Shown: one piece after another, positions 1-13,093 of the stretch
Layout of the letters: each line of letters starts with the position of its first letter
Numbering within the stretch: position 1 is the first letter of the stretch
Assembly: GCA_040954595.2 (NCBI GenBank)
Contig: CM082589.2
Location: 310,001-374,000 of the forward strand
Reading direction: 5' to 3'
Length of the DNA: 64,000 nt
From: Balanoglossus misakiensis
Taxonomy: Eukaryota; Animalia; Hemichordata
Notes under the pieces: generated by a model
Told to the model about the DNA's origin: nothing
Seen by the model: only the letters and a program-made list of their open reading frames with translations
The model's database searches: none
Position numbers and translations under genes: made by a program

Positions 1-101
1 TAAAAGGAAATCGCAGGAGAGAAACTGAACATTTTTTTCACACATTAATGGGCATATTTCAATGTTTCTGTCAAATGACTACGAATGTCTGTATTTTCCA
101 G

Positions 102-1192
<1,091 letters not shown>

Positions 1193-1614
1193 GACGAGAA
1201 TTGTCTATTTCAGTTGTGTAACCTCGTGTATGTAGGTTAAAGACAATTAGGCAATTGTATGACTTTATATCGCAGCAGCTGTATTATATGTATATTTATT
1301 CATTTTTTTCTCATTCATCAGGCGAATTTAGATCTTTTACTGCATGGGAATATTTTGCAAGAAATTCACTCGTAGATTTCTTATTATTATATCCGTCTAT
1401 ATTTATTGTATATAGTGCACAACAATTTATTTGTCCCCAAAGTGTAATCGGCAGTCTAAAGGTATTGCTATCAAAAATCAATTTAATGATCTTCCGAAGC
1501 AGAACTTAGAACATCACAGCATAAAGAAATCTATTTTAATGAAATGTTAACATTGCAATATTTTTTAACTGTTAATAATTATAAATATCAGGTGATTAAA
1601 ATATTTAATATCCA

Positions 1615-1659
1615 AATAAATACATATTACAACTGATCCGAGTCTGCTTAACAAATAAA
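1615..1659 (+). terminator. Candidate polyadenylation signals of the kinase gene
   Basis: AATAAA at 1615-1620 and 1654-1659, after an AT-rich 3' UTR-like stretch. Confidence 0.4.
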
Positions 1660-1738
1660 CAAAAGAAGTGCAAAGACATGTCGTATATATGCAACTTCAT
1701 TGACATCGTTGATGTTACGCGTGCGCAGTGCTACCTAC

Positions 1739-1843
1739 GTCGTAGTAAGTTGTACTCAGCGACACGTGTCTTCCTGAACAGCGTTTCTGAGACCGACAGG
1801 AGTCCCGCAACATCACTGCCAAACGCCATCCAAAATGCACAGG
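1739..1843 (-). pseudogene. Degenerate duplicate of the TRP pore-loop exon (homologous to 4216-4325)
   Basis: Minus strand ttttcag|cc tgt gca ttt tgg atg... gives CAFWMAFGSDVAGLLSVSETLF---RKTRVAEYN(+4 nt)YD|gtaggt, versus exon 14 CAFWMLFGGEVERYETFQETLFTLFRMTLVDEYNYD|gtgagt. The acceptor phase is the same; there is a 9-nt deletion and a 4-nt insertion. Confidence 0.85.
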
Positions 1844-2574
1844 CTGAAAACAGGAATACTTGTGGGTACTTGCTGAATCAGGGTAAGTAACTATACTAAT
1901 AATATCAGATATATTGAAAGGATAATTAGATCATTCCTAACTCCATATTTGGACGAAGCATGGAGGTAGGAGCTTCTTCATGGATAAAGTGCATGTAACA
2001 CATTGTATGTACACTACTCAGTGACCGTGTATTATTTTTATGGTTCGTTTTTGTTCTGTAACATATAACCACTAACTCCGACTAGTTTTCGGATTAGAAA
2101 TTCAGAGACGATTCTGATCCAGAAATTTCGAAAGGGCGGTGGTTATCTGACTTGCGGTCGCTCTAGTGAACAAACCACTGTAGCGGCCACCGCCCAACCA
2201 CTGCCGCAAACATCTAAAACAACAATCATGGTCGATACATCATGGTTCTGCAGAACCGACCGCGCCCTTTCCCTTTGTTTGGAATCTTTACAAATAGATA
2301 TCGATCGAACTTTATTTGCATATTACTTAGGTATCATCTGCTCACTTCAAACTGAATTGAAGAGAGGGGTCACCAAGAGTGATTTTTGCATATATGTAGA
2401 TTCATGTCATCACAATGGCAAGTCTTGTGTGCAAAGCTCTTCTCCACCTAAAATGATGAAATGGGGATATCGGTATTGTCAATATTCATATTCATTTATG
2501 GAAAAAAAATCTTGGAAAAGTTCATACAAAAGAATGTCTGACTCACCTGGTTTACAGACTCTCACTTCTTGTTT

Positions 2575-5500
2575 TCAACAGTCCCCACCTTGGTTTTCAT
2601 CATGGTTCCCGTTTGAAATCGCGCGATGCCTTATGGGAAACAAATCACTCGAAGTAAATTTCTATTCTGGGAAAGTTTGATTTTCATTTATATTTGCATT
2701 GATCAAAGTAACTCATACAAATAACAGCCAAAGTTGACGCATTTGTTCACACGCCACTCTGTGTATTTCTTATTCAATGATGTTGAATGTAGATTACAAG
2801 TTTTGACAAGAACGTTTGGAAATTGCAGAAAGATCATCTTGACAATAATTACCTGAATATCTCTTGGTAACCATCGCCATCAACATCATGATCAGTTAGA
2901 GTTGGCAAACCTAATGTAGTCAGTGGTCTCTCGATCCTTGGCCTATCTGTATTTATAGAAAAATAACTCAACACTGACATTTTGAACACGAAAAAGTTCA
3001 GTTTGGTCGATCATCGCAGGCAGATATAATTCCTGCATTGTAATCAGGGAGCCACCTCTTCCACTAAACTAATAGTGGTCTAATAACAAAAGTACCTCGC
3101 CGAATGTCCTTCACGAGTTTCATCATGTCTTGCATATCTGTATGTATGCTGTCAATTGTATCCATGATGGACTTGTCTTTAATGTTCGAAGCACCTTTGA
3201 CTATCTTGGTTAGACTGGCTACTTGTTCCTGTCAAAAAATAAAAGCGTGGCATGAGATACAAGATAATAGTTTTCTCTCACTCCCCTTGAGAATGATCTC
3301 TTGGCCATTAATCAAAATGTTCCAGCATTTTTATATTCCATCCGCCTGTAATCCCTGGACCAGTTGTGATCAGCGTTTCCACTCAGGCACTTTAGACATT
3401 GAACTAAATTTTAATATTCCCATTTATTTACTTTGATTTGAACTGTCACTTTTTCCTCTTCTACGTTGTCGCCACCATGTTCCATATCATCGTCGTAATA
3501 GGTCATACTCGGGGAACAGTCGCGATCGATAAATTGCAAATAAGATTGTTTCTTCTCGTCGGATAGACCATCTTCTAAACTCAGAATGATTTTTGCCCTT
3601 TCCATCAATGCATTTGAGCTCGCATTATCGTGGATGCTACGAAACATGGATGAAAATCAAGAGTTATTAACCTTTTCACGCCATCTTTTCACTCACATCC
3701 AAACGTACAATGTCTCTCTTTGTGAGGAGAATAAAAATGATGAATGCATCTATATCATGTCATCCACAGATTCATCAATCATCTCAAAAGAAATTGAAAA
3801 ACCAATGGTCTGAGACAAGCTCTATCAAGTCATGTGGTACCCTACCGACTAACAGCAAACTTACCGAACGAAAGTTTCACTGAGCATAGCAACGAACAGG
3901 TTCAGAAACACGATGGCGGAGATAGCCAGGTAGGTTCCAACAAGAATATCACACATAATTGGATTTTCTGCTTTCAGCCCCTACAGAATGACATGTTTGT
4001 TGAAAACAAATCAGATCATTTGGTTTGTTATAAAATCAAACATTTTGGCGCAGTGTGCAATGCATGATGGTATCTTGCGGCCATTTTGTACGATTTACAT
4101 ATCAGCAACTTACGCTCCTGCTGACCTCAATGTCGCAAAGTTGCTGTCTCGTCATTTATTCATGAAAGTCAGTTTTCATAACAAATCACACATCTGCAGT
4201 AACTACTTTACTCACGTCATAGTTGTACTCATCAACAAGAGTCATACGAAACAGAGTAAATAGGGTTTCTTGAAATGTCTCGTATCTTTCAACTTCTCCA
4301 CCAAACAGCATCCAGAACGCACAGACTGAAAGTAAAATCAAATAATTATGAAAAGAGACGGAAATACGTAACTAAAGTAGTGCACTAACCTACACTATGG
4401 CCAGGCTAATCAACATTGTGAGTCAAAGTCAGAATTTTTTTTACGAACGCTTTATTTATACACGCCGTAAACCACACCACTGCCATATATTTACCATACG
4501 GGATGTAGACAATGAGATAGAGGAAACAAAATCTCCCCACATCAGCCAGGATGTTGTAGCACATAACAATGAAGGGTCCTAGATAAAGAGAAACGTAAGA
4601 AAATGTCGGCAAACTTCTAACAAATGACAAACCTAAATTTGAAATCCCTGGCACTTATTTTGTACTTTTTCTTTTACTTCTATCGCAAAAGATGTAAATC
4701 GTCCCTAGTCATCCCAATATATCCACTACAAATACAGGTTAGAACTTACCCATCAAGACAAATGCTCTTGCTGGCTTTAAAATCCTAACCCATAGAAAGA
4801 TAATCGTGATGGCAAACAATCGAATATGGGTTTTAGAAGCAGCGCTTTCAAGCTCATCACTTTCTGCAAGTACTCCAATCCCATAATTCATCATGAATGA
4901 CGCGCCACCAACGGTGCTATTGGAGACTGAATCCGGCCAACACAATTCGTCTGACACCACTCCGATATCAACCAGGTGTAGAATCAAACAAATTGTCAAC
5001 AGAATGTAAACAAACCAATCGAAAAGGTTCCTAAAGGGAATAGAAGTAAACATGTATCAGTTTCTATAACCCAGGTTAATCTTATAGTGGCATGTCAGGG
5101 AGGTAGTTGCTTCAAAAACTGTTCCATTTTCGAGAGACGATAACCACAAATGTTGAAAGAGATGCTGAAAGTATTCTACACGTCTTTGAAAAACTGTGTT
5201 GACAGGACGCATGTTTTGGCTTGTCATGCGCTGCCTAAAAAAACTAGACGAGACATACTGACCAGTAATCATGAAAATATTTGGCCATTTTCTTCTCGAG
5301 TTCGCCTTTTTCCCTGTTTAACCATTCTTTTTCTTGCGGCCATTGAGGATGACAATGGTCAATGTCGTCCTCGATAATCTTCAGTTTCCATTCTTTCCAT
5401 TCCTAGCAAAACATACGACGACTAACATCAATAGTTGTTCTGACAACTTCACTCTCCAATAACATTACAAATCAAAACGCCTGCTTCATTCTTATGTACA

Positions 5501-8201
5501 ATGTATATTTCGGTTTCAACATAATGAGAACAATGACATGTTTATATACTCACTCCGAAATCCTTTCTTGAAGTGTAAAACTCCCTTAGTTCTTGGAAAA
5601 TCAAGAAAAAGGTATACGATATGGCAGCAATCTGGAAATATATAATTTCTGTATATTATTATGGTTGATTTGATTTGAAAACACTTCACTCATCTACTAA
5701 GTATGTAATGTTGATGCTAATGATAAGATCTCTCGAGCTCTCTTACCCAAAGTAATATTCTCCCCACATCTCCTGGAAAATAGTAACAGGCTCTGGCATC
5801 AGGTCTGATGACGGCAAGCAATGTCCACAATAGGATATACACCAAATCAAGCATAAAAGAAATACGAGCAGCCCATCTACATATGAACAATGGTAAAATG
5901 TTATGAAAAATAACAAAAGAACATACAGTAATAATGTTTAAATCACACCGACAAAATGAGCGTGATGATGACGACACTAACTTTCCAAAGTGTTTCCATT
6001 TGACATCCAGAAGTTGTTGAAAGACGGGATGTTTTATATTCTCGTGCTGCCGATCGCGGACAATGATTTCAATCTAGAAAAATGAAGAGGAGGGATAATA
6101 TAATAAGATAATCGATGAAGACAAAAGTCAGAATTATAGTGAGACTGCAATCAAGCAAAACAGCTCATGAAAAGAGTATGCAAATCTTCGAAATCTTGCA
6201 TGAGAAAGCGCAACAAATGACTCCATAAAGGAGCATTTGAATTTGCAGAAGTGAGACAGAGAGTTTTGATTAAAACGGTTATAAATTACCGGCATACGAC
6301 TCTTCATCATTTCATCGCCTGTTCAAAATTAAAAAAAGATCACATTATATTAAATTATGTCAGTGATGAAAATAAGGAAATTATCAATTATTATTGCGAG
6401 ACAAATAATTTTACAAGACAGAGAAGTCAAACATCTTAAATACACTGACCCAGTGAACACTGCACCCCAACACTGAAAATCTCAATTTTATTAAAATGTA
6501 TTTATATCACCTTCTTTCAATGGTTTCCTTGGTTCAATGTGGTTAAGGTGATAATATTGTTCTCTTTTCGCTCCATTTATTACATGGAATTGATCTAAGG
6601 CAATTGTCGCCTGGTAGAGAACAGAAGATAAGAAGGTGCAAATTTAAAAGTTAGAAAGGGATAAAAGTAATCCATTATTTCAGAACGATGATACTGCAAT
6701 ACCATAATTGACGCAGACAATGTAAATGTCACTCTCATGATAAATGATGATGATGATACTTACCACGCTAGGCATATTGGCCAACATCGTCACAATGCAC
6801 GGTTCGCGATTGTCGTCAATAACGTTTGCTTTGGCGCCCAGACTTAGCAACAATTTACAGACTTCACTGCGATCTTACGTCGAAAAATAGAAAATCAGAT
6901 CACAAACTGTGGCTCTACAAAATACTCAACAATCATGAACACTGACATGACCAGACGCATGTATAGCATTTATAACTGAATGTATTTCACGCAAATCCCG
7001 TTTTGGATTTTGCCTGACTTTGAACTAAGAAATAATCAATGAAAATATAGCATTTACCGCCAAGTGCTGCTACCATCAGGGGCGTTCTCCCCAAACGACC
7101 AGTCCTATTGATGTCAGTATCTGGTTTATATTGTAACAAGACTTTTATTACATCACAGGCATCGTTGGCTGCTGCAAAGGCCATCGCATCACTATTGTAC
7201 TTACATGTGGCAGAGATGTCCGCTGAAAAATATAAATGATGATGATATCATTACTTAGCAATGGTTGAGCTGTAATGTTTCAACATCAAGATTAAACATC
7301 CTAGAAAAGTAGAGCTATATGTACTAGTATGTGAAAATGACATCTACCCCCTTTTTCAAGCAGTAACTTGATCATTTCGACGTAGTTAGCAGCTGCTGCA
7401 ACGTGCAAAGGTGTACGCCCTTGGCCGTCACATTGGTCCACGTTTGCGCCTTGTTCGATCATGAACCTGGCAACGTCTGTATGCCAGCGTCTTGCAACCT
7501 GTCATTAGTTTAAAAAGAGAACTCACAATATACAACTGCATGTCCAACTAAGCTTTTGCGGCGTCAATAGTAACATTTTGAATGGAAATTGAAAAAAAAA
7601 ATCAAAACTAGAAAAATCGCGATATAATTTACAATAAATCGATCATGATACTTCATTTATCTGTATAAGCGAACTGCAGTCTGCATTTTACCTCATGGAG
7701 AATCGTCTGTCCACTTTCATCCGTTGCATTGATATCTGCCCCTTCATGTAAAAGTTGTTCAACCCGTTCTAGATCAACATTTTCATATTCATCCACATTT
7801 CCGTTGCCATTATTACTATTAGATTCTTCAACGTGTGATTTCGCCAATTCTCTGAAGTATTCCATCAGCCTCCCCGATGCTGGACTGTCTCTACCATCTT
7901 CGGGTAGTTTAAATGTGTCCAGATTTCCACATGTGATTCGATGTTTGTCAATATCTTTTGACAGAAAACAGCAAAGCATAAACATGTTTAATCACTGGGA
8001 GTTGTCGAGCTTTGAAAACGACTCATCTGTTCTCTGCATGAAAGTAACTAAATACCTACCTGATATCCTCCTCCGAGTAGTTTGATATTTTCGTCGTCGT
8101 CTCAAAACGAAAACTTGTTTTTCAACGACATCTTGCTCACTCAGTTCCCCTTCCAGTTGAGAATCGTTGTCCATCTTCACAGGAGTTACATTCAGTCGCA
8201 T
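2575..8201 (-). CDS. Ankyrin-repeat TRP cation channel (TRPA/TRPV-like, ~825 aa), 19 exons: 8060-8201, 7692-7954, 7348-7498, 7058-7222, 6764-6873, 6511-6610, 6290-6318, 5982-6073, 5747-5876, 5554-5631, 5263-5402, 4750-5030, 4495-4578, 4216-4325, 3865-3980, 3432-3636, 3096-3228, 2853-2946, 2575-2629
   Basis: All introns are GT-AG and phases are consistent (2478 nt total). Ankyrin repeats: GADINATDESGQTILHEVA, GRTPLHVAAA, GRTPLMVAALG. Pre-S1: HPVFQQLLDVKWKHFG. Six hydrophobic helices. S4-S5 linker: LMGPFIVM. Pore: TLFRMTLVDEYNYD. S6: FLNLFVAMLSETF. Coiled-coil-like C-tail. Start ATG is 8201 or 8174; the terminal exons are less certain. Confidence 0.9.
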
Positions 8202-8900
8202 CACAGACACATCACTCTACCGCTGAGAGAATTAACTGTGCTCTGATCATTGCATTCACCTGATAAATATGGCTGACTACTTCCCTTTCGATCTCAAAAA
8301 GCGGAAATTTGCCCCCAAATTCACTCAACGCCGGTAACAATTTAACATAATTCAAACACGAGGGTCCTGCTAAATCAGGAAATGTTTTGTAAAATGCGCA
8401 TACATTTGTCAAACTTAGTAACATTCTTCTTCCCTCGAAATATGTCAACACCATAATATAACACAACATTCTTTTGAGGAGTAGTCTTGCGGTGTGCGTA
8501 CGCATACGAGAGAGGAAGTAAATAAACTTTTGCCGCCAATGCTTGACTGATGAGAGTTTCTGTTCTGCATTTTAGTTACGGTTCTCCATCCCACTCAAGG
8601 ATTTGATCGACTGATTGTTTGATTTTCTTCCCCTATCCCTCTTCAAAATCAACTTTTGGATGGAACCAACAACACCCAAATATCATGCCCATCATCAGCA
8701 TGTAAATTTTTACCACGTGTGTGAATCTCATGTATACGTCACTGTCACAGCTGTTCCATAACCAGAGTGGAATGACCCTTTCGCGTAAAATCTAGTTATT
8801 CGTGAATGGGCTGTCTTTTATCAAATATGACACATGGACACATCGTCACATCGAACACTATTATCGTTTTTGACGGTTTTCAACCACCAAACAGAACTGG
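8202..8900. promoter_or_regulatory. Putative bidirectional promoter between the TRP channel and the sulfotransferase
   Basis: Divergent start codons only ~700 bp apart (8201 on -, 8901 on +). Confidence 0.45.
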
Positions 8901-10356
8901 ATGATAATATGTCGCCATAACAACCACATGGGTATGACATCTAGGCTACCAACACGTATGTGTAAACGACATGTAATAACTATTTGCATAATAGCAGTCG
9001 TATCCTTAATCGCTTGGACAGTGGCAGTCACGGTGAACTATGGTGATATCGAAGTGGCGAAATGGCCTAATAGGTGAGATACATGTATTTTCTATAAGAG
9101 AACGATTTTCCGTCCCTAAATTTCTGCTCATCAGTCTTTGACATACAGAGTCGTGTGTATGTAATATTTGTATGTTACTCCTTTGGTACCACGTGACGTA
9201 CGTGTCTGTGAAATGCGGTTTGTGTTGTCAAGTTAGGACGGGGTGTTTTATTATAATGATAATGACATAAATTTGTTCTTTCCTCAGGCATTTCACGGCA
9301 TTTTCCCGTGTTGATGTCAGAGGCAGCCATGTTGTTGAAAACAACCAACTCGCAAGTCTAGAGGACAGATTGTCAACCCTTGAAGAGTTTCCTTGGATAC
9401 AACGACAAAACTACCTTCCAAATTTCTACACAAACAGAAGACGAAAGTCATCAAACGTGGGATTCGGAGACTCGATTTGGCCGCCGGAAGATTACTATAG
9501 CAACGGAACGGTTGTTTATCTGCACCATCACAAAGCTGCAGGTAGCAGCGTCCGACAGTGTATTAGTGACATGAAGCCATTGATCTCTTTGAAGACTGTC
9601 TCTCATGAATCTCACTTCGAAATATTTGAATCGTTGAAATCAAACGATTCTTTCGTTTTCAAGACTTATGTTGGTGGATATTCTTTCGGAATATGCGATT
9701 TTGTTCTTGACCGTCCATGTTCATATTTTACCGTACTCAGGGATCCATACGAAAGAATTATTTCAGCCTATAAATACTGCAAAATTTACACGAGAGATCA
9801 CATCTGTTGGGGAAAGAAGGCAAAAACATCATCTCTGAAAGACTGGGTTAAATATCACAAGAGTTTCTTATTCTATCAACTACTGTTCAGACCAGATTTC
9901 TGTCAGAGAGACCGATTTGTTGAAGCGCGCCATCTAGAGGGCACATCACAAGGAATTCTTCCTTGTTGGTACATTCAACATATATTAATTGACAGCATAA
10001 TCAACGACGACGCCAAACGAGTAATTCTCGATTACATCATGGCTAACTTGGAAAACTGGTTCTCTGTCATCGGTCTAACGGATGAATTTGAACTCTCTCT
10101 CCGTATGTTTGAAGACGTATTTTCATTGCCATTCAAAAGGTGTCATAGTTTGAATCTCAAAGGAAACATGACAAAGTTATCAAAAACTAACATTACAAAA
10201 TATAAAGAATTCTTAATGTCAGATCCTTCTGTAAATAACATATTGTATTATGATCTCGAAATTTATGGATTGGCGACTAAAATTTTTGCAAAGCAGAAGA
10301 AGGTTTACTTTCAACGAACAAATGATCTGGCTACACAAAACTTACAAAGTCACTGA
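8901..10356 (+). CDS. Golgi type-II membrane sulfotransferase (Sulfotransfer_2 / HS2ST-UST-Gal3ST-like), ~413 aa; exons 8901-9073, 9288-10356
   Basis: Exon 1 encodes a signal anchor (HVITICIIAVVSLIAWTVAVTV). A phase-2 intron (ag|gtgaga...cctcag|g) joins it to the long ORF. PAPS-binding motifs VVYLHHHKAAGSSV (5'-PSB) and YFTVLRDPYERIISAYKY (3'-PB), plus VIGLTDEFELSL and DLEIYGLATKIF. Downstream in-frame ATGs are alternative starts. Confidence 0.88.
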
Positions 10357-10436
10357 AGAAACTTTTCAAGTTGCCATGCTAAGATTTAGGACCAGCGCCC
10401 TGGGATTTATACATTTGAAATTACATTTTTATAAGA

Positions 10437-10442
10437 AATAAA
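10437..10442 (+). terminator. Polyadenylation signal of the sulfotransferase
   Basis: AATAAA 80 nt after the stop, followed by a GT/T-rich tract. Confidence 0.5.
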
Positions 10443-10687
10443 ACCCTAATACACATTGGTTTGATTGTCACATTGTATTTATTTAGTATTGCTAGTTGCA
10501 GCGCCCAAAAAAGCGGTTCGTGCGATGTGACTAGTGAAGGCTTGAACGCTCGGTCAGTGTTCGGCATATTTCGTATGTACTCGGATCATAACAAATGTAC
10601 ATTTCCGGGATTTCCTGGCTGATAGACCATCGTGAGTGCAGTGCAATATTTGACGTGCTTTCTTGAATTATATTTCGGATCGTCGCC

Positions 10688-11800
10688 ATGGGAATGTGTT
10701 TACCATGTTTAAGTGGTTCTAGCAGTGACTATGATGACCCTGATCCGGTAAGGAAATACTTAATTTAGCTTCAAACATGTAAATTCTGAATTAAGGGCTG
10801 AACTGTTATTGCGTTGAGTGTTGTTGTGGACGTGACGATTGCAGAGTAATCCCTTTGACATTGTACAATAACATTTACGTGTTTCAGATACGGTCGGTGC
10901 AAAATTAACTGCTGCATGTATTTCTCCCGATTTATCTGGCACCAGCACGTAAGCCTTATGGTGGTCTTGACACGCCCCTTTCAAGTACTAGTACAAATGT
11001 ATATATGATCATATGTAAATTAGATGGTGTCATCGTACTCTCTTTCATTTCAAAGTGTTAGTGTTACGCCAACAATTTTTTTTTCAGGAAACAAAACGTC
11101 AACAGCAGGCTGAAGCTGCCGTCAAACGGCAACAAGAGGTATTTATATGTTATGGTTTTAACAACTGTAATCTGTGTGCATATAATAGATGAATGTATGT
11201 GATGAAGATGTCCATATCTGCATAGGCAAGAATGTCAATGGTTTGCCTGGCATCAGAACCAATGCATAGACAATAAAGCCCTTTAAGGTTATTTACAAAA
11301 CACATTTGAATAGCTATATGTGTGAGTCACCATGCAATGGTTTCTTTCCCTGAGACTGGTGACTGGCTTTCCTTCATGTTGATTGTTTCATGGCCCAGAC
11401 CTGCAGAAGATATCATATGTTGCTTTCTTGATATGTCTGTCTTGTAGGCTGAGTCTAGAGGTATCAAAGATCCGGAAGCATTGAAGAGAAAACAACAAAG
11501 ACAGGCGGAAGCAGAGAAGAAGGCTGAGGCGGCAGAAGCACAGGGAGGAGGTGGTGAAGGTCTTAAGGTGAGAAACTGCAAAAAATGTAACCCTACTACA
11601 GGTAGCTTTCCTTTGAATTGTTGAGTGATTAGGAAAACCAATTTGATCTCAAAGTTGAGGTATTTTTGCGTGATACCTTGACGAGTTGAACCTGCCCTGT
11701 ATACAGATTCTGTAATAACATCATTTATAATAGTAACAGGAACAATGCAATGTGTGTGATAATACATATCTTATCTTTATTTCAGTGGCAAGTCTCGTAG
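10688..11800 (+). CDS. SVIP: Small VCP/p97-interacting protein, 81 aa; exons 10688-10747, 11088-11138, 11448-11567, 11786-11800
   Basis: Spliced product MGMCLPCLSGSSSDYDDPDP-ETKRQQQAEAAVKRQQE-AESRGIKDPEALKRKQQRQAEAEKKAEAAEAQGGGGEGLK-WQVS*. It has the N-myristoylation/palmitoylation start MGxCxPC, the VIM motif R-x5-AA-x2-R, and SRGI and GLxWxVS as in vertebrate SVIP. Kozak context gccATGG. Confidence 0.95.
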
Positions 11801-12759
11801 GCTGTGTCAACTACAATTATCTCAACAAGATTTCAAGACGAATATTTAAAGAACAAGATATAATATGACAAGGCCAAGCCATTGCCAGAATTATGTACTT
11901 CTAAAAGATGTATCAAAATTTGTTGTTTGCTGTAAATAAGTATTGTCATGTGAAGTAAATCTTCCAACTGTGAACGTTTTTCTTCAAACAAATGTTTTTT
12001 ACGGTTTAGCCAATGACGGCGCTATGTTACTCCAACACCTGAATATACGTCATGCCAGAGAATACCTGATAATTCAAGGGTTGTACTTAACTGGTTTATA
12101 CGTGTATTGTAGATGATAATTTATGTGATCACCAGGTAGAATATCAATGTAGCGTCAAACTTTTAGAGGTAGCAATTTTTCCATTTGGTTCACGTTGCAT
12201 CTTTCAAGTTGTAATATGATCTAAGGCACATGCAGTGCATTCCTTCACATGAACCGAATTACAACAGTGATGTACAACACACATGAAATTGTGATGTCGA
12301 TAATTTATTTTTTTTCTGAAAAATATTTCATGATGATCCATATTCATATTCACCCTGACTTATTTGACCCTCTGTGAATGCATTCATAATGACTACCAGT
12401 AAAGTTTCACAAATTAATTGAAGAGAGATACAAGAAGACGGTTATCTGTGAATGACTATGTGTATGTAATACCTGAAATGTAAATGATTCAGCCACCTTG
12501 CATGATCATTTTCTCATTCATCATCAAGTTTTTCCTGGCATCTCTGTCATGTTTTACTTGCCTTAGCTGCATTGATTGTGAATGTCAAATTAACAAAGAT
12601 GACAAAAAATATCTGACTGATAGAATTTTACCACAACTTACTTGTGCTCAGCAGAAAATAAAAAAAAATATTATGTTTAACAAAATTTTTGTGTTACTGT
12701 GTTCGTTTTCAGAGAAGTTCTGATTGTGTTTGTCAAAAATTTAGCGATGTCCTTTTGTT

Positions 12760-13093
12760 TAAAAAGGTTGCCACGCGTGCCACGCACGAGACATGTAGGT
12801 TGCACGCGCACTGCAACGCCAGCACTTGACCCGGATTCCCAGGTCAAGTACGCTTTAGTTCTCCTGTCGCGTGTCATGTCGATGTCGGTCCGGGATTGCT
12901 GGGTCGCCGTTGCCACTTCAGTACACTGCAGACGAGGTTATTATTGCCGTTACAAAAAAGATATATTGAAGGAGAAGAACAGCGTCGCTGGAAATAGCCA
13001 TGGGCGAATATTTGGGTGAGTGACACTGTATCGTATATCTCATTGAGCAGAGAAGTGAAATATATGTGGACGGTCGGTGCAGATATGGAATGG
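12760..13093 (+). promoter_or_regulatory. Putative GRIN1 promoter and first non-coding exon
   Basis: Local CpG/GC-rich patch ending in a consensus donor TGG|GTAAGT at 13093/13094, 3.7 kb upstream of the GRIN1 ATG. Confidence 0.55.

Noticed and set aside
2575-2580. TGT-TGA read as Cys-Sec (selenoprotein-like end)
   Set aside because: No SECIS-like structure was recognised downstream and there is no precedent in TRP channels.
2228-2680. 150-aa plus-strand ORF
   Set aside because: No motif; it partly shadows the last TRP exon on the opposite strand.
11327-11767. 146-aa minus-strand ORF
   Set aside because: Antisense shadow of SVIP exon 3.
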